A stretch of DNA of 64,000 nucleotides from the NCBI GenBank assembly GCA_963718135.1, contig CAVQYI010000014.1, positions 42,962 to 106,961 on the forward strand, read 5' to 3'. The stretch's first letter is position 1; every line of letters begins with the position of its first letter. Shown piece after piece: positions 35,759-48,010 of the stretch. Below the pieces are notes generated by a model. It was not told where the DNA came from, made no database searches, and saw only the letters and a program-made list of their open reading frames with translations. This DNA is from an uncultured Pseudomonadota bacterium. Its GTDB lineage: Bacteria; Pseudomonadota; Gammaproteobacteria; Steroidobacterales; Steroidobacteraceae. The position numbers were made by a program, and so were the translations under genes.

Positions 35759-36685
35759 CTAGAGCGCGCTGACGCCTTCGAGATCGGTCAGGCTCTGGGC
35801 GCGCGTCAGCGCGATGAATTCCTGGATATAGGCGGCTTGCGCGCCGGCGCGGCTCGTGGCCGCGTACAGCTCGCAGTGCAAGCCGCCGCGCCCGATCGGG
35901 CGCGAAACGACGTAGCCGCGCGCGAGATAATGCGCGATCGTCCACGCGGGCAAAGCCGCGATACCGCGGCCGCTCGCGACCAATTGCAGAATGGCGACCG
36001 TGAGTTCGGCGGTTCGCCGCCGCGGCTTGACGCCGGCGGGCAGCAGGCAGTGATTCATCACGTCGAGCATCTCGTCCGGCACCGGGTAGGCGATCAGCGT
36101 CTCGTCGGCGAAGTCCGCGGCTTCGAGCCAAGGCTTCTCGGCCAAGCGGTGCTTCGGGCTCATCAAAGCGACGCTTTCATAGCGAAACAGCGGACTGAAC
36201 TCGAGCGGTGCGCGCGAGGGCGGCTTGTCGTGGATGACCGCCAATTCCGCCTCCGACCGTTCGATCAGCGGCAGCGGATCCGCCAAAAAGCCGGAGATGA
36301 TGTCGAGTTCGACCTCGGGCCACAGGGACCGGTACGCGTCCATTGCCGGCATCAGCCAGTCGAAGCAATTGTGACACTGCACCGCGATGCGCAGGCTGCC
36401 GCCGCGACCCTGGGCGAGACGCGCGATGTCGCGGCCGGCTTCCGCCACCTGCGGCAAGACCGCGCGCGCGAGTTCGAGCAGGCGCATGCCCGTCGCGGTG
36501 AAGCGCAGCGGCCGCACATTCTTTTCGACGAGCGTGGAGCCGAAGTGACTTTCGAGCGCCTTCATCTGGTGCGAGAGCGCCGATTGGGTCAAGTACAGGC
36601 GCTCCGCGGCTTTGGACAGGCTGCCGCATTCGGCGAGAGCCAGCAAAGTCTCGAGATGACGCAGTTCCAGCATGGTCGTCGGCAT
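35759..36685 (-). CDS. metR: LysR-family regulator, MetR-like
   Basis: Contains LELRHLETLLALAECGSLSKAAERLYLTQSALSHQMKALE. The gene is divergent from metF. Confidence 0.8.
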   Translation of the reverse strand: MPTTMLELRHLETLLALAECGSLSKAAERLYLTQSALSHQMKALESHFGSTLVEKNVRPLRFTATGMRLLELARAVLPQVAEAGRDIARLAQGRGGSLRIAVQCHNCFDWLMPAMDAYRSLWPEVELDIISGFLADPLPLIERSEAELAVIHDKPPSRAPLEFSPLFRYESVALMSPKHRLAEKPWLEAADFADETLIAYPVPDEMLDVMNHCLLPAGVKPRRRTAELTVAILQLVASGRGIAALPAWTIAHYLARGYVVSRPIGRGGLHCELYAATSRAGAQAAYIQEFIALTRAQSLTDLEGVSAL

Positions 36686-36697
36686 GAATGAGCTTCA
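36685..36697. promoter_or_regulatory. MetR-box-like palindrome TGAA-N5-TTCA in the metR/metF divergent region
   Basis: The sequence TGAATGAGCTTCA matches the published MetR consensus TGAANNNNNTTCA. It abuts the metR start codon. Confidence 0.5.
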
Positions 36698-36789
36698 TGT
36701 TTCCATGAATATAAGGAGTTTGAATCATCGGCGCGGCTCTTGCATCTTAATCTCATCGAAATTGAACGGGCTTTTTGGAGACGTGGGCG

Positions 36790-38392
<1,603 letters not shown>

Positions 38393-38884
38393 TTAAGGGG
38401 CTTTTTGCCGCCGCACGCTCGTCATCACGACCGCCTGCAGCGGCACGTCGTCGAAGCCGCGGCGCCGGCCGGTCTCGACGGCCGCGATCTTGTCGATCAC
38501 GTCCATGCCCTCGGTGACGCGCGCGAACACCGCGTAGCCGAAATTGCCGCGCGTGTGGTCGAGGAAGTCGTTGTCCTTGAGATTGACGAAGAACTGGGAG
38601 GTTGCGCTGTTGATGTCGTTGGTCCGCGCCATCGACAAGGTTCCGCGCAGATTCTTCACGCCGTTGTCCGCCTCGTTCTTGACCGGCTCCCGCGTGCGTT
38701 TTTGGTCCATGCCTTCGGTGAATCCGCCGCCCTGGATGACGAAGCCGGGAACGATCCGATGGAAGATCGTGCCGTCGAAGAATCCGTCGTCGACGTAGCG
38801 AAGAAAGTTCGCGACCGTTTCGGGTGCCTCCTTGTCGAGCAGCTCGATCGTGAAGCCGCCCATCGTCGTTTCGAATCGGATCAT
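38393..38884 (-). CDS. ppiB: Cyclophilin-type peptidyl-prolyl isomerase (cytoplasmic PpiB-like)
   Basis: This is the last 163 aa of ORF 38393..39685. It has FHRIVPGFVIQGGGF, GTLSMAR and SQFFVNL. Confidence 0.92.
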   Translation of the reverse strand: MIRFETTMGGFTIELLDKEAPETVANFLRYVDDGFFDGTIFHRIVPGFVIQGGGFTEGMDQKRTREPVKNEADNGVKNLRGTLSMARTNDINSATSQFFVNLKDNDFLDHTRGNFGYAVFARVTEGMDVIDKIAAVETGRRRGFDDVPLQAVVMTSVRRQKAP

Positions 38885-38901
38885 GTGGTTTCCTCTGTGC
38901 G

Positions 38902-39744
38902 TCAATGAATACTTGCGAGCGTGACTCGCGGCAGGCCGGCGCGATCGGCATGCGAGCGGATGCCGACGAAATCGTGGCGTGCGAGCAGCATGGCGACATC
39001 CTCGGCCTGCGAGGCGCCGTGCTCGAGCGCGATCAAGCCGGCGGCGCGCAGATGACGGGCCGCGCCGCCGATGATGGCCGCCAGCGCTTCGAGCCCGCTC
39101 GGTCCCGGCGTCAGCGCGATCCGCGGCTCGGCAGCGAGCGCGAGGATCGCCGGATCCGCGGCCGCGATATAAGGCGGATTTGCGAGCACGGCGTCGAAGC
39201 GCTCGTCCGGCACGGCGTCGAACCACGACCCCAAGCGCCAATCGATGCGGGTCAGGCCGAGCGCTTGCGCGTTGCGGGACGCGATTTCCAGCGCCTCCGG
39301 CGAGACGTCGGTTGCCGTGACGCGCGCGAGTGGCCGTTCGCTCGCGACCGCGAGCGCGATCGCGCCGCTGCCGGTGCCGAGGTCGAGGACCGCGCAAGCA
39401 CGGTCCCGGGGTAGGAACTCGAGCGCAACCTCGACCAAGGTTTCGGTGTCGGGACGCGGCACGAGCACCTGCGGCGTGACGGCGAGCGGCAGCGACCAAA
39501 ACTCGCGCGTGCCGGTCAAATACGCGACCGGAGCGCCGGCGCGGCGCCGAGCGAGCAGATCGGCGTATGCGCCGCACGCCGCCGGCGCGACGGACGCGTC
39601 GCCGTGGGCGATCAGCGCGGAGCGGGTTATCGCGAGGACCTTGCCGAGCAGGAGTTCGGCGTCGAGGCGCGGCGATTCGCTGCATGCGCGCAGCGCATCG
39701 GCGCCCGAGCGCAACAGCTCGGCGATCGAGGGCGCCGCGCTCAT
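38902..39744 (-). CDS. prmC: Release-factor glutamine N5-methyltransferase
   Basis: Contains [23 protein letters not shown] and ANPPYI. The ATG at 39744 overlaps the prfA stop. Confidence 0.92.
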   Translation of the reverse strand: MSAAPSIAELLRSGADALRACSESPRLDAELLLGKVLAITRSALIAHGDASVAPAACGAYADLLARRRAGAPVAYLTGTREFWSLPLAVTPQVLVPRPDTETLVEVALEFLPRDRACAVLDLGTGSGAIALAVASERPLARVTATDVSPEALEIASRNAQALGLTRIDWRLGSWFDAVPDERFDAVLANPPYIAAADPAILALAAEPRIALTPGPSGLEALAAIIGGAARHLRAAGLIALEHGASQAEDVAMLLARHDFVGIRSHADRAGLPRVTLASIH

Positions 39745-40794
39745 TCGATTTGCCGGGCCAGTTCCTCGGCCTGGTGTTCCTGGTGCAGGGCGCCGATGAG
39801 CTCGTCGAGGCGGCCGTCGATGATGTCGGTGAGCTTGTGCAGCGTCAAATTGATCCGATGGTCGGTGACTCTGCCTTGCGGAAAATTGTAGGTGCGGATG
39901 CGTTCGGAACGGTCGCCGGAGCCGACCTGGAGCTTGCGGGTCTCGGCTTGCTGGTTCGCCTGTTTCTCGCGCTCGGCGGCCAACAGCCGCGCTTTCAGCA
40001 GCGACAGCGCGCGCGAGCGGTTCTTGTGCTGCGAGCGCTCGTCCTGGCATTCGACGACGATGCCCGTCGGCAAGTGCGTGATGCGGATCGCCGAATCGGT
40101 CTTGTTCACGTGCTGCCCGCCGGCGCCGGATGCGCGGTAGGTGTCGATGCGCAGATCCGACGGGATTCAGTTCCACGGCTTCGACTTCCTCGAGTTCCGG
40201 CAGGATCGCGACGGTGCACGCCGAGGTGTGAATGCGGCCTTGCGCCTCGGTGGCCGGCACCCGCTGGACGCGGTGCGTGCCGCTTTCGAATTTCAGCGCC
40301 GAGTAGGCGCCGCGGCCGATGATGCGGCTGATGACCTCCTTGTAGCCGCCATGTTCGCCGGGACTTTCGCTCAATATCTCGACGTCCCAGCCCCGCGACT
40401 CCGCGTAGCGCGCGTACATGCGGAACAGGTCGCCGGCGAATATCGCCGCTTCGTCGCCGCCGGTGCCCGCACGAACTTCGAGAAAGATGTTGCTGTCGTC
40501 GAGGGGATCCTTCGGCACGAGCAGGCGCTGCAGCTCCAATTCCTCGGCCGCGGCGCGCGGCATGAGCTCGGCGAGTTCCTGGTCCAGGTGCAGTTCCCGG
40601 GCGACCGCGATGTCTCCTTCCAGCGCGGCGAATTGCCGGTAGCGGTCGATTAGCGGCGACAGCCTGGAATATTCCATCGACAAATCGCGAAACTGGTTCT
40701 GGCGCGCGATCACGCCGGGCTCCGACAGGAGCCTGCTGATTTCTTCGAAGCGCTCGTCGAGCTTTTCGAGCTTGCGGCGGATGGAGTCTTTCAT
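39741..40794 (-). CDS. prfA: Peptide chain release factor 1. 1 frame break (~40150, looks like one extra G).
   Basis: The N-terminus through QRVPATE is in the frame of ORF 38902..40794. Hand-reading gives [28 protein letters not shown] with the GGQ motif, continuing in ORF 39741..40109. Confidence 0.93.
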
Positions 40795-40821
40795 GGCCGC
40801 GGATTATAGCGGCCCGCGCGG

Positions 40822-42079
40822 CTAATTCCGTTCGCGTTCGTCGACGAGCAGCCGCTGCAGCGCCTCCGTGACGGCCGGGTCGGCCGATTCGGCCGCTTGG
40901 CGCAGCGCCTGGGTCGGCGCGTGCAACAGGCGGTTCGTCAGCGTATTCGCGAGGTAATCGATGACCTCGTCCGTGCTCCGGCCCGTCGCGAGCATGCGGC
41001 GCGCCTGTTCGACGGTTTGCAGACGAATGCCGTCGGCCTGCGAGCGCAAGGCGCGAATCGCGGGACCCGCGTCCTTCGCGCGCGACTCCGCCAGGAAGCG
41101 CGCGACCTCTTCGGCGATCACGAGCTTCGCGCCGCCCGCGGCCGCCTCGCGTTGCTGGCGATTCTCGTCGACGACCTGTTGCAGGTCGTCGATCGAGAAG
41201 AGGTAGACGTCTTCGATGTCCGCGACCTGCGGTTCGATGTCGCGCGGCACCGCCAGATCCACCATGAATATCGGCCGGCGGCGGCGGGCGCGCACCGCGG
41301 ATTCGGCCAAGACTCCTGGTGACGATCGGCAAGGGGCTCGCCGTGCAGCTGATCACGATATCGGCCTGCGCCAATTCCTCGCCGATGTCCTCGAGGCCGA
41401 TCGCATAAGCCTTGACCTCGGCCGCGAGGGTTTGGGCGCGCGGCAGGCTGCGGTTCGCGATGACCATGTGGCGCACGCCTTGGGCCGCCAGATGTCTCGC
41501 GGTGAGCCCGATCATTTCGCCGGCGCCGATCAACAGTGCCCGACGAGAGCCCAGATCCGAATAGACGCGCCGCGCGAGGGCGATCGCGGCCGAGGCGATC
41601 GAAACGGCATTCGCGCCGATCCGGGTCTCGGTGCGCACGCGCTTCGCGGCGGCGAATGCGGCCTGGAACAACTTGTTGAGCGCCGGGCCGGTACTGCCGG
41701 CTTCCTGCGCGACGCGGTATGCATCCTTCAGTTGACCGAGGATCTGCGCCTCGCCGAGCACCATCGAGTCGAGTCCGGAGGCGACGCTGAACGCGTGCTC
41801 GACGGCGTCGCGCTCCTGGTGCACATAGAGACTTTCCCGCAAGTCGAATTTCTGCCCATGGTGCCGCTCGAGCCAATCGGTCAGCGCCGGCGTGCCGGCG
41901 GATCCGGCCCAATAGAGTTCCGTCCGGTTGCAGGTGGACAGAATCACGGCCTCCGCAACGCCGCTTTCCTGCCGCAGCGCCCGCAGCGCCGCGGCCAGCC
42001 GGTCGTCGCTGAACGCCATTTTTTCACGCAGCGCGACCGGTGCGGTTTTGTGGTTGATGCCGAGTATCTTGAACGACAT
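40822..42079 (-). CDS. hemA: Glutamyl-tRNA reductase. 1 frame break (~41305).
   Basis: ILSTCNRTELY and GEAQILGQ are in ORF 40106..42079. FMVDLAVPRDIEP is in ORF 40822..41310. Confidence 0.92.
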
Positions 42080-42183
42080 GGAATCGCCGATGCTGGTAAC
42101 CCTTGGGATTCTCAGGGAAGTTGCGCGCCTGGATCAAGCGGGATTCTGCGGCGCCAGAATAGCCGTTTCGTTATAGTGCGGTC

Positions 42184-43905
42184 GTGTTCAGGATCCCGCT
42201 GTCCGCGCGCATACTGGTCCTCTTCGGCCTCATCGCCGCCACGGCGTGCCGCGGGCCCGAAGTCCGGCCGCACGACGCGCCGTCGGCCCGGCGTGCCGAA
42301 GCATATATGCTCATCGCCGAAATTGCGCGTACGCGCGATGAACCGCGCGTTGCGGCGACGGCGTACGCCTCCGCCGCCGAAGCGGACGGCCGCTTGTGGC
42401 CGCGCGCCGCCGAGGTCGCGAGCCTGTCCTTGCAGCCGAGCCTCGCTCTTGAGGCCGCGCGGCGTTGGATCGCCCAAGACCCGGAATCGGTCGCCGCGCG
42501 GCGCATTGCGGCGCGCGCCGCGCTGTTGCTGTTCAAGATCGGGCAGGCGGCCGACGATTACCGCTTCGTCGTCGCGAATGGGCGCGACGGCATCGAGACC
42601 GGAATCGACGCCATCGCGCACGAATTGCGCGGCGCCGACGATCCTTATGGTGCGCGGCAGGTTGCCGACCGTCTGGCGCAGGCCTTCCCGGCGTCGGCCG
42701 CGGCGCGGCGGCTACAGGGGTTTGCCGCACTGCGGGGCGGTGATCCCGCGGCCGCCGTGCGCGCGTTCGAAGCGGCGCTCGCGCAAACGCCGCCGGCGGC
42801 GACGCGCGATCGCGCGGACGACGGCGCGCGCCGCGCCGTGGTCGAAGAGCTGCGCCGCGCGCGCGTGCTGTCCGGCGATGTCGCGGGGCCCCTCGCCGAG
42901 GCGCTTGCGGCCAAAAAGCGCGAGGATACCCCCGCGCGGCGACTCGACTACGCGATCGTCTTGCTGAGTGCGCGTGAGACGGTGGCCGCGCGCGCGCAGT
43001 TGCACGATTTACTGCGAATTCCGGAGTACGCGCCCGCCGCGCGGCGCATCCTGGCGGTCCTCGACTTCCAGGACGGGCGGCTCGATGCGGCCCGATCGCA
43101 CTTCAACGCGCTGCTCACGACCGGGCAATACATCGATGAATCGTTCTATTACCTCGGCTTGATCGCCGAGCGCCGCGGCGATTCGGCACAGGCCTTGCGC
43201 TATTTGGCGCGCGTGCAGCGCGGCGACAACGTCCTGCCCGCGATGCTGCGCGCGATCGCGATCCTGCAGGCTCACGATGCGCTTTCGACCGCGGACCAGC
43301 TGTTCGACGAACTCCTCAAGGACATGCCGGAGCGCGCGCCGCAGATGTTCGCCGCGCGCGCCGAGATCTACGCAAAAGCAGGGGACGCGGCGCGCGCGCT
43401 CACGCTGCTGAATACGGCGATCAACGAGTACCCGGACAGCGCGGATTTGCGCTATGCGCGCGCATCCGTCGAGGAGGATGCCGGGCACGTGGATGCCGCT
43501 GTGCGTGAGTTGCAGGCGCTGGTCAAAGCGCGGCCGGCCGATCCGGAGGCGATGAACGCCTTGGGATATACGCTCGCCGATCACTCGCGCCGCTTGGGCT
43601 ATGCGCGGCGCCTGATCGTGCGGGCGCTCGCGGCGGCGCCGGAGGATGCCGCGATGCGCGACAGTCTCGGCTGGGTGCTCTACCGGCAAGGCCATCCCGC
43701 CGAGGCCCTGCCGCTCTTGTCCGCGGCATTCGCGGCCGAGCCGGGCGGCGATATCGGCGCTCATTGCGGCGAGGTATTGTGGCAGCTCGGAAAACAGGCG
43801 GAGGCCGAGCGCGTGTTCGCGAAAGCGGCCGAAATCGATCCATCGAACCCGCTCTTGAAGTCGACCCGCGAAAGGCTGCGAGCCGCTCCGCGCGCGAACC
43901 ACTAG
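42184..43905 (+). CDS. TPR-repeat lipoprotein/secreted protein (the conserved partner upstream of lolB)
   Basis: 573 aa with a signal/lipobox-like LIAATAC and multiple TPR-like Ala-rich helical repeats. Its position hemA<->TPR-lolB-ispE is as in Pseudomonas and Xanthomonas. Confidence 0.75.
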   Translation: MFRIPLSARILVLFGLIAATACRGPEVRPHDAPSARRAEAYMLIAEIARTRDEPRVAATAYASAAEADGRLWPRAAEVASLSLQPSLALEAARRWIAQDPESVAARRIAARAALLLFKIGQAADDYRFVVANGRDGIETGIDAIAHELRGADDPYGARQVADRLAQAFPASAAARRLQGFAALRGGDPAAAVRAFEAALAQTPPAATRDRADDGARRAVVEELRRARVLSGDVAGPLAEALAAKKREDTPARRLDYAIVLLSARETVAARAQLHDLLRIPEYAPAARRILAVLDFQDGRLDAARSHFNALLTTGQYIDESFYYLGLIAERRGDSAQALRYLARVQRGDNVLPAMLRAIAILQAHDALSTADQLFDELLKDMPERAPQMFAARAEIYAKAGDAARALTLLNTAINEYPDSADLRYARASVEEDAGHVDAAVRELQALVKARPADPEAMNALGYTLADHSRRLGYARRLIVRALAAAPEDAAMRDSLGWVLYRQGHPAEALPLLSAAFAAEPGGDIGAHCGEVLWQLGKQAEAERVFAKAAEIDPSNPLLKSTRERLRAAPRANH

Positions 43906-43934
43906 AATCGCGGATCGCCGTCAAAAGGACCGCA

Positions 43935-44549
43935 ATGCAGCGCCGTTTTCTCAATTCCTTCGCCCGTTCGGGCCTTGCGCTCGTGGCGTGCGTCGCCGCC
44001 ATGGGCTTGCTCGCCTCCTGCGCATCGACGAGTTCCGCGATGCGCGGTGCGCTTGCGTGGTCGGAACGGTTGCCCGATTTGCAGCAGGATGGCGACTGGG
44101 ACATGCAAGGCCGTGCCGCCGTCGCGATCGGCACGCGCGGCTGGCAGGCGAGCGTCGATTGGCGGCAAAAGGGCGGCAACACGACCTTGCGCCTGGCGGG
44201 GCCGCTCGGCGTCGGCGCGAGCCTCCTGCGCCTGAGTCAGGCCGGGCTGTCGATCAACGATGCGCCGCCGCGCGCCGATGTCGTCGACCAATTGCAACAG
44301 CGCCTGGGCTTCGACCTGCCGCTCGCGAACTTGAGATACTGGCTCTTGGGCGTGCCGGACCCGGGCTCGCCGTACGGCGTCACCCTCAACGAGCGCGATC
44401 GTGCGCGGCAATTGACGCAGGCGGGCTGGACGATCGACTTCGCGCGCTACATGCGTTTCCGCGGCGACTGGCTGCCGGCGGCGCTCGTGCTGACGCATGA
44501 GGGGGTGCGCGTGCGCATGGCGATCGACCGCTGGGACGGAGTGCGATGA
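43935..44549 (+). CDS. lolB: Outer-membrane lipoprotein receptor LolB
   Basis: The internal ATG of ORF 43764..44549 gives the lipobox LLASCAS. Synteny is with ispE. Confidence 0.82.
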   Translation: MQRRFLNSFARSGLALVACVAAMGLLASCASTSSAMRGALAWSERLPDLQQDGDWDMQGRAAVAIGTRGWQASVDWRQKGGNTTLRLAGPLGVGASLLRLSQAGLSINDAPPRADVVDQLQQRLGFDLPLANLRYWLLGVPDPGSPYGVTLNERDRARQLTQAGWTIDFARYMRFRGDWLPAALVLTHEGVRVRMAIDRWDGVR

Positions 44550-45415
44550 GCGAGGACGGCATGCAACATTGGCCGGCACCGGCAAAGCTGAACTTGTTCT
44601 TACACATCGTCGGCCGGCGCCCGGACGGCTATCACTTGCTGCAGACCTGCTTTCAGTTCGTCGATTTGTGCGACGACGTCGGCCTGCGCGTGCGCGCGGA
44701 CGGGCGGATAGTGCGTCTGTCCGGCGCCGAAGGTGTGCCGCCGGAGGCGGATCTGTCCGTGCGCGCCGCGACCGCACTGCAAAAAGCCGCGGCGTGTCGG
44801 CTCGGCGTCGACATCAGCGTCACCAAGCGAATCCCGATGGGAGGCGGATTGGGCGGCGGCAGTTCGGACGCGGCGACGACCTTGGTCGCGCTCAATCGGC
44901 TCTGGAGCCTGTCCTGGACCGTGCAGCAGTTGGCCGATTTGGGGGTAACACTCGGTGCCGACGTTCCGGTCTTCGTCCACGGCCGCGCGGCCTGGGCCGA
45001 AGGCGTCGGCGAACGACTGGTTCCGCTCGTGCCGCCGCGCGCCCCGCCGCAGACTATGTATTTGATTTTGAAGCCAAATGTTTTTGTCGGCACCGCATCC
45101 GTTTTTCAGGACCCTGAATTGACAAGGAATACACCGCCCATCACAATTGACGGCTTCCTTGCGTCCGGCGGGCATAACGATTGCGAGCCGGTCGTGCGGC
45201 GCCGATACCCTGAGGTCGCGAGCGCGCTGGATTTCCTGGCGAAATTCGGCCGCGCACGCATGACGGGCACCGGCGCCTGCGTGTTTCTCGATTGCGGAAC
45301 GGTCGAGCGCGGCCGGGAAATCATGCGGCAGATGCCGAAGGAGTTCGGCGCGTATCTGGTTCGCGGCGTGAACCACTCGCCACTGCTGGAAAAGTTGGCG
45401 ACCGGCGGAAGCTGA
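44546..45415 (+). CDS. ispE: 4-diphosphocytidyl-2-C-methyl-D-erythritol kinase
   Basis: Contains PAPAKLNLFLHIVGRRPDGYH, the GHMP motif IPMGGGLGGGSSDAA, and MTGTGACVF. Confidence 0.93.
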   Translation: MSEDGMQHWPAPAKLNLFLHIVGRRPDGYHLLQTCFQFVDLCDDVGLRVRADGRIVRLSGAEGVPPEADLSVRAATALQKAAACRLGVDISVTKRIPMGGGLGGGSSDAATTLVALNRLWSLSWTVQQLADLGVTLGADVPVFVHGRAAWAEGVGERLVPLVPPRAPPQTMYLILKPNVFVGTASVFQDPELTRNTPPITIDGFLASGGHNDCEPVVRRRYPEVASALDFLAKFGRARMTGTGACVFLDCGTVERGREIMRQMPKEFGAYLVRGVNHSPLLEKLATGGS

Positions 45416-45448
45416 AGGCGGGGCGTTCGCCGACGGTCGAGTCTAAGT

Positions 45449-45523
45449 TGGGGTGTCGCCAAGTGGTAAGGCAGCGGGTTTTGATCCCGCCATTCGGAGG
45501 TTCGAATCCTTCCACCCCAGCCA
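45449..45523 (+). tRNA. tRNA-Gln (anticodon TTG)
   Basis: The 75-nt cloverleaf was folded by hand. The acceptor stem is TGGGGTG/CACCCCA, the anticodon loop is TTTTGAT, the T-loop is GGTTCGAATCC, and the 3' CCA is encoded. Confidence 0.9.
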
Positions 45524-45542
45524 TTTTGGTCGAGCATCATCT

Positions 45543-46515
45543 ATGTCGCAACGTAAAGATTTTGAGTCACCATCGATCGCCGTATTCACGGGGAACGCGA
45601 ATCCGGCGCTCGCGCTCGAGATCACGCGGCATCTGCGCGTGCCCTTGGGCCGCGCGCACGTCGGGCGCTTCAGCGACGGCGAGGTCAACGCGGAATTGAT
45701 GGAGAACGTGCGCGGGCGCGACGTCTTCATCATCCAGCCGACCTGCCCGCCGGCCAACGACAACCTGATGGAGTTGTTGATGATGACGGACGCGTGCCGC
45801 CGCGCCTCGGCCAAGCGCGTGACCGCGGTCGTGCCGTATTTCGGCTATGCGCGCCAGGACCGCCGTCCGCGCGCGATGCGCGTGGCGATCGCGGCGAAGC
45901 TGGTCGCGAACATGATCGCGAGCGCCGGCGTCGACCGCTTGCTGACCGTCGATCTGCACGCCGATCAGATTCAGGGTTTCTTCGACATCCCGGTCGACAA
46001 CGTCTACGCCTCGCCGGTCCTGCTGGGCGACGCGTGGAAACAGAAGTACGAGAACATGATCGTCGTTTCGCCGGACGTCGGCGGCGTCGTGCGCGCGCGC
46101 GCACTGGCGAAGCGTCTCGACGACGCCGACCTCGCGATCATCGACAAACGGCGGCCGCGGCCGAACGAATCGAAGGTCATGAACATCATCGGCGAGGTTG
46201 GCGGCAAGACCTGCGTGCTGATCGACGACATGGTCGACACCGCGGGCACTCTGTGCCAGGCCGCCCAGGCATTGAAGGACGAGGGCGCGGTCAAGGTCGT
46301 CGCCTACATCACCCATCCGGTGCTGTCGGGCTCGGCGATCGAGCGCATCTCGAATTCGGTTTTGGATGAACTGGTGGTGACCGACACGATCCCGCTGTCG
46401 GACGCCGCCGCGCGCGTGCACGCGCATCCGTCAACTCAGCGTGGCCGCATTGCTGGCCGAGACGATCCGGCGCATCAGCGACGAAGAATCGGTCAGCTCG
46501 CTGTACATCGATTGA
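45543..46515 (+). CDS. prs: Ribose-phosphate pyrophosphokinase. 1 frame break near the 3' end (~46425).
   Basis: Contains [35 protein letters not shown] and DDMVDTAGT. The hand-read C-terminus is [21 protein letters not shown], ending at TGA 46513-46515. Confidence 0.93.
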
Positions 46516-46596
46516 GCCGGACGGGAATTGGTCGGCGCTGCGGAAAACTGGTCGCGGTTCCGCGGCGCCGTTGTAGTGATGTAACTGGAGACGATT

Positions 46597-47326
46597 ATGA
46601 AAACCTCTTTTGAACTCGACGCCGAGTTCCGTGAGACCCAAGGCAAAGGTGCGAGCCGCCGCCTGCGTCGCGACGGAAAGGTCCCGGCGATCCTCTACGG
46701 CGGGCACGCCGATGCGCGCGCCCTGACCGTGAGCCACCAGAAGCTGCTGCTGATGCTCGACAACGAGCGCTTCTACTCGACGATCCTCAGCCTCAAGATG
46801 GGCGCCGAGACGCAGGCGGCCGTCCTCAAGGACGTGCAGCGCCACCCGTTCAAGAACGCGGTGCTGCACATCGACTTTCAGCGCGTCAACGAGAACGAGA
46901 AGATCCGCATCAGCATTCCCTTGCATTTCAAGGGCGAGGCGGTCTCCCCCGGCGTCAAGACCCAGGGCGGAATCGTTTCGCACATGCGCACCGAAGTGGA
47001 AGTTTCCTGTCTGCCGAAGGATTTGCCGGAATTCATCGAGGTGGACATTTCGGGCCTGGCGCTCAACGAGAGCATCCATTTGTCCCAGCTGAACGTTCCC
47101 GAGGGCGTGCAGCTCCTGGATTTGGTGAAGGAGGACGCGGCGGTCGTCGCGATCCACAGTCCGCGCGCCGAAGAGCCGGAACCGACCGCGGAGGCGGCGG
47201 CGGAAGCGGCGGCAGCGCCGGCGGCCGGAGCGGCTGCGGCGCGCGCCGGCGGCGGGCGCGGATGCGGCGAAGAAGGCCGAGCCCGCGAAGAAGGCGGAAC
47301 CGGCGAAGAAAGACGCCAAGAAGTAG
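46597..47326 (+). CDS. rplY: 50S ribosomal protein L25 (Ctc form). 1 frame break in the Ala/Lys-rich tail (~47235).
   Basis: Contains [20 protein letters not shown] and [15 protein letters not shown]. The hand-read tail [19 protein letters not shown] ends at TAG 47324-47326. Confidence 0.9.
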
Positions 47327-47350
47327 CCTTCCCGAACGGCGTCGAAGAGC

Positions 47351-47381
47351 GGGGCCGCCCTTTGAAAGGGCGGCCCCTTTT
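47351..47381 (+). terminator. Rho-independent terminator after rplY
   Basis: A 10-bp perfect GC stem GGGGCCGCCC / GGGCGGCCCC with a 7-nt loop TTTGAAA, followed by TTTT. Confidence 0.75.
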
Positions 47382-47404
47382 CATTAGGGCACGAACCGGA
47401 GTAG

Positions 47405-48010
47405 TTGAGCGCGGCGACGATGTCTGGATTACCCTTGCGAATAATTGTCGGTCTCGGCAATCCGGGTCCCGAGCACCAGCTGACGCGGCACAACGCCGGG
47501 TTCTGGTTCGTCGACATGCTCGCGCGCCGGCACGGCGGCGAGTTCCGCGACTACCGCAAATATTCCGGCGAAACCGCGCGCGTCACGATCGGCGGGCGTG
47601 AGCTCATGTTGCTGAAGCCGACGACCTACATGAACCGCAGCGGACTCTCGGTGCGCCAATTGGCCGACTTCTTCAAGATTCCGCCGGAGGAGATCCTGGT
47701 CGCGCACGACGAGATGGATCTGCCGGTCGGCGCGGCGCGCCTCAAATTCGGCGGAGGCCATGGCGGCCATAACGGTCTGCGCGATGCGATCGCGCACATC
47801 GGCGAGAATTTCTGGCGACTTCGCCTCGGCGTCGGCCACCCGGGCAACAAGGCCGACGTCATCGACTACGTGCTCACGCGCGCGCCGCAAGCGGAAGAGG
47901 ATCTGATCCTCGACGCGCTGAACGCGGCCGCGGATTGCGTGCCCATTCTCTTGGAACAAGGCGCGGAGCGTGCGATGAACAAGCTGCACAGCCGCGCGGG
48001 AAAAACCTGA
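47405..48010 (+). CDS. pth: Peptidyl-tRNA hydrolase
   Basis: Contains [21 protein letters not shown] and HGGHNGL. The start may be ATG 47420. Confidence 0.93.
   Translation: MSAATMSGLPLRIIVGLGNPGPEHQLTRHNAGFWFVDMLARRHGGEFRDYRKYSGETARVTIGGRELMLLKPTTYMNRSGLSVRQLADFFKIPPEEILVAHDEMDLPVGAARLKFGGGHGGHNGLRDAIAHIGENFWRLRLGVGHPGNKADVIDYVLTRAPQAEEDLILDALNAAADCVPILLEQGAERAMNKLHSRAGKT

Noticed and set aside
40100-40200. A possible programmed +1 frameshift in a release-factor gene.
   Set aside because: Programmed frameshifting is a property of prfB (RF2) at a CUU UGA C site. This gene is prfA (RF1, upstream of prmC and downstream of hemA). The break has no in-frame stop or Shine-Dalgarno-like context, and it is one of about 34 similar breaks.
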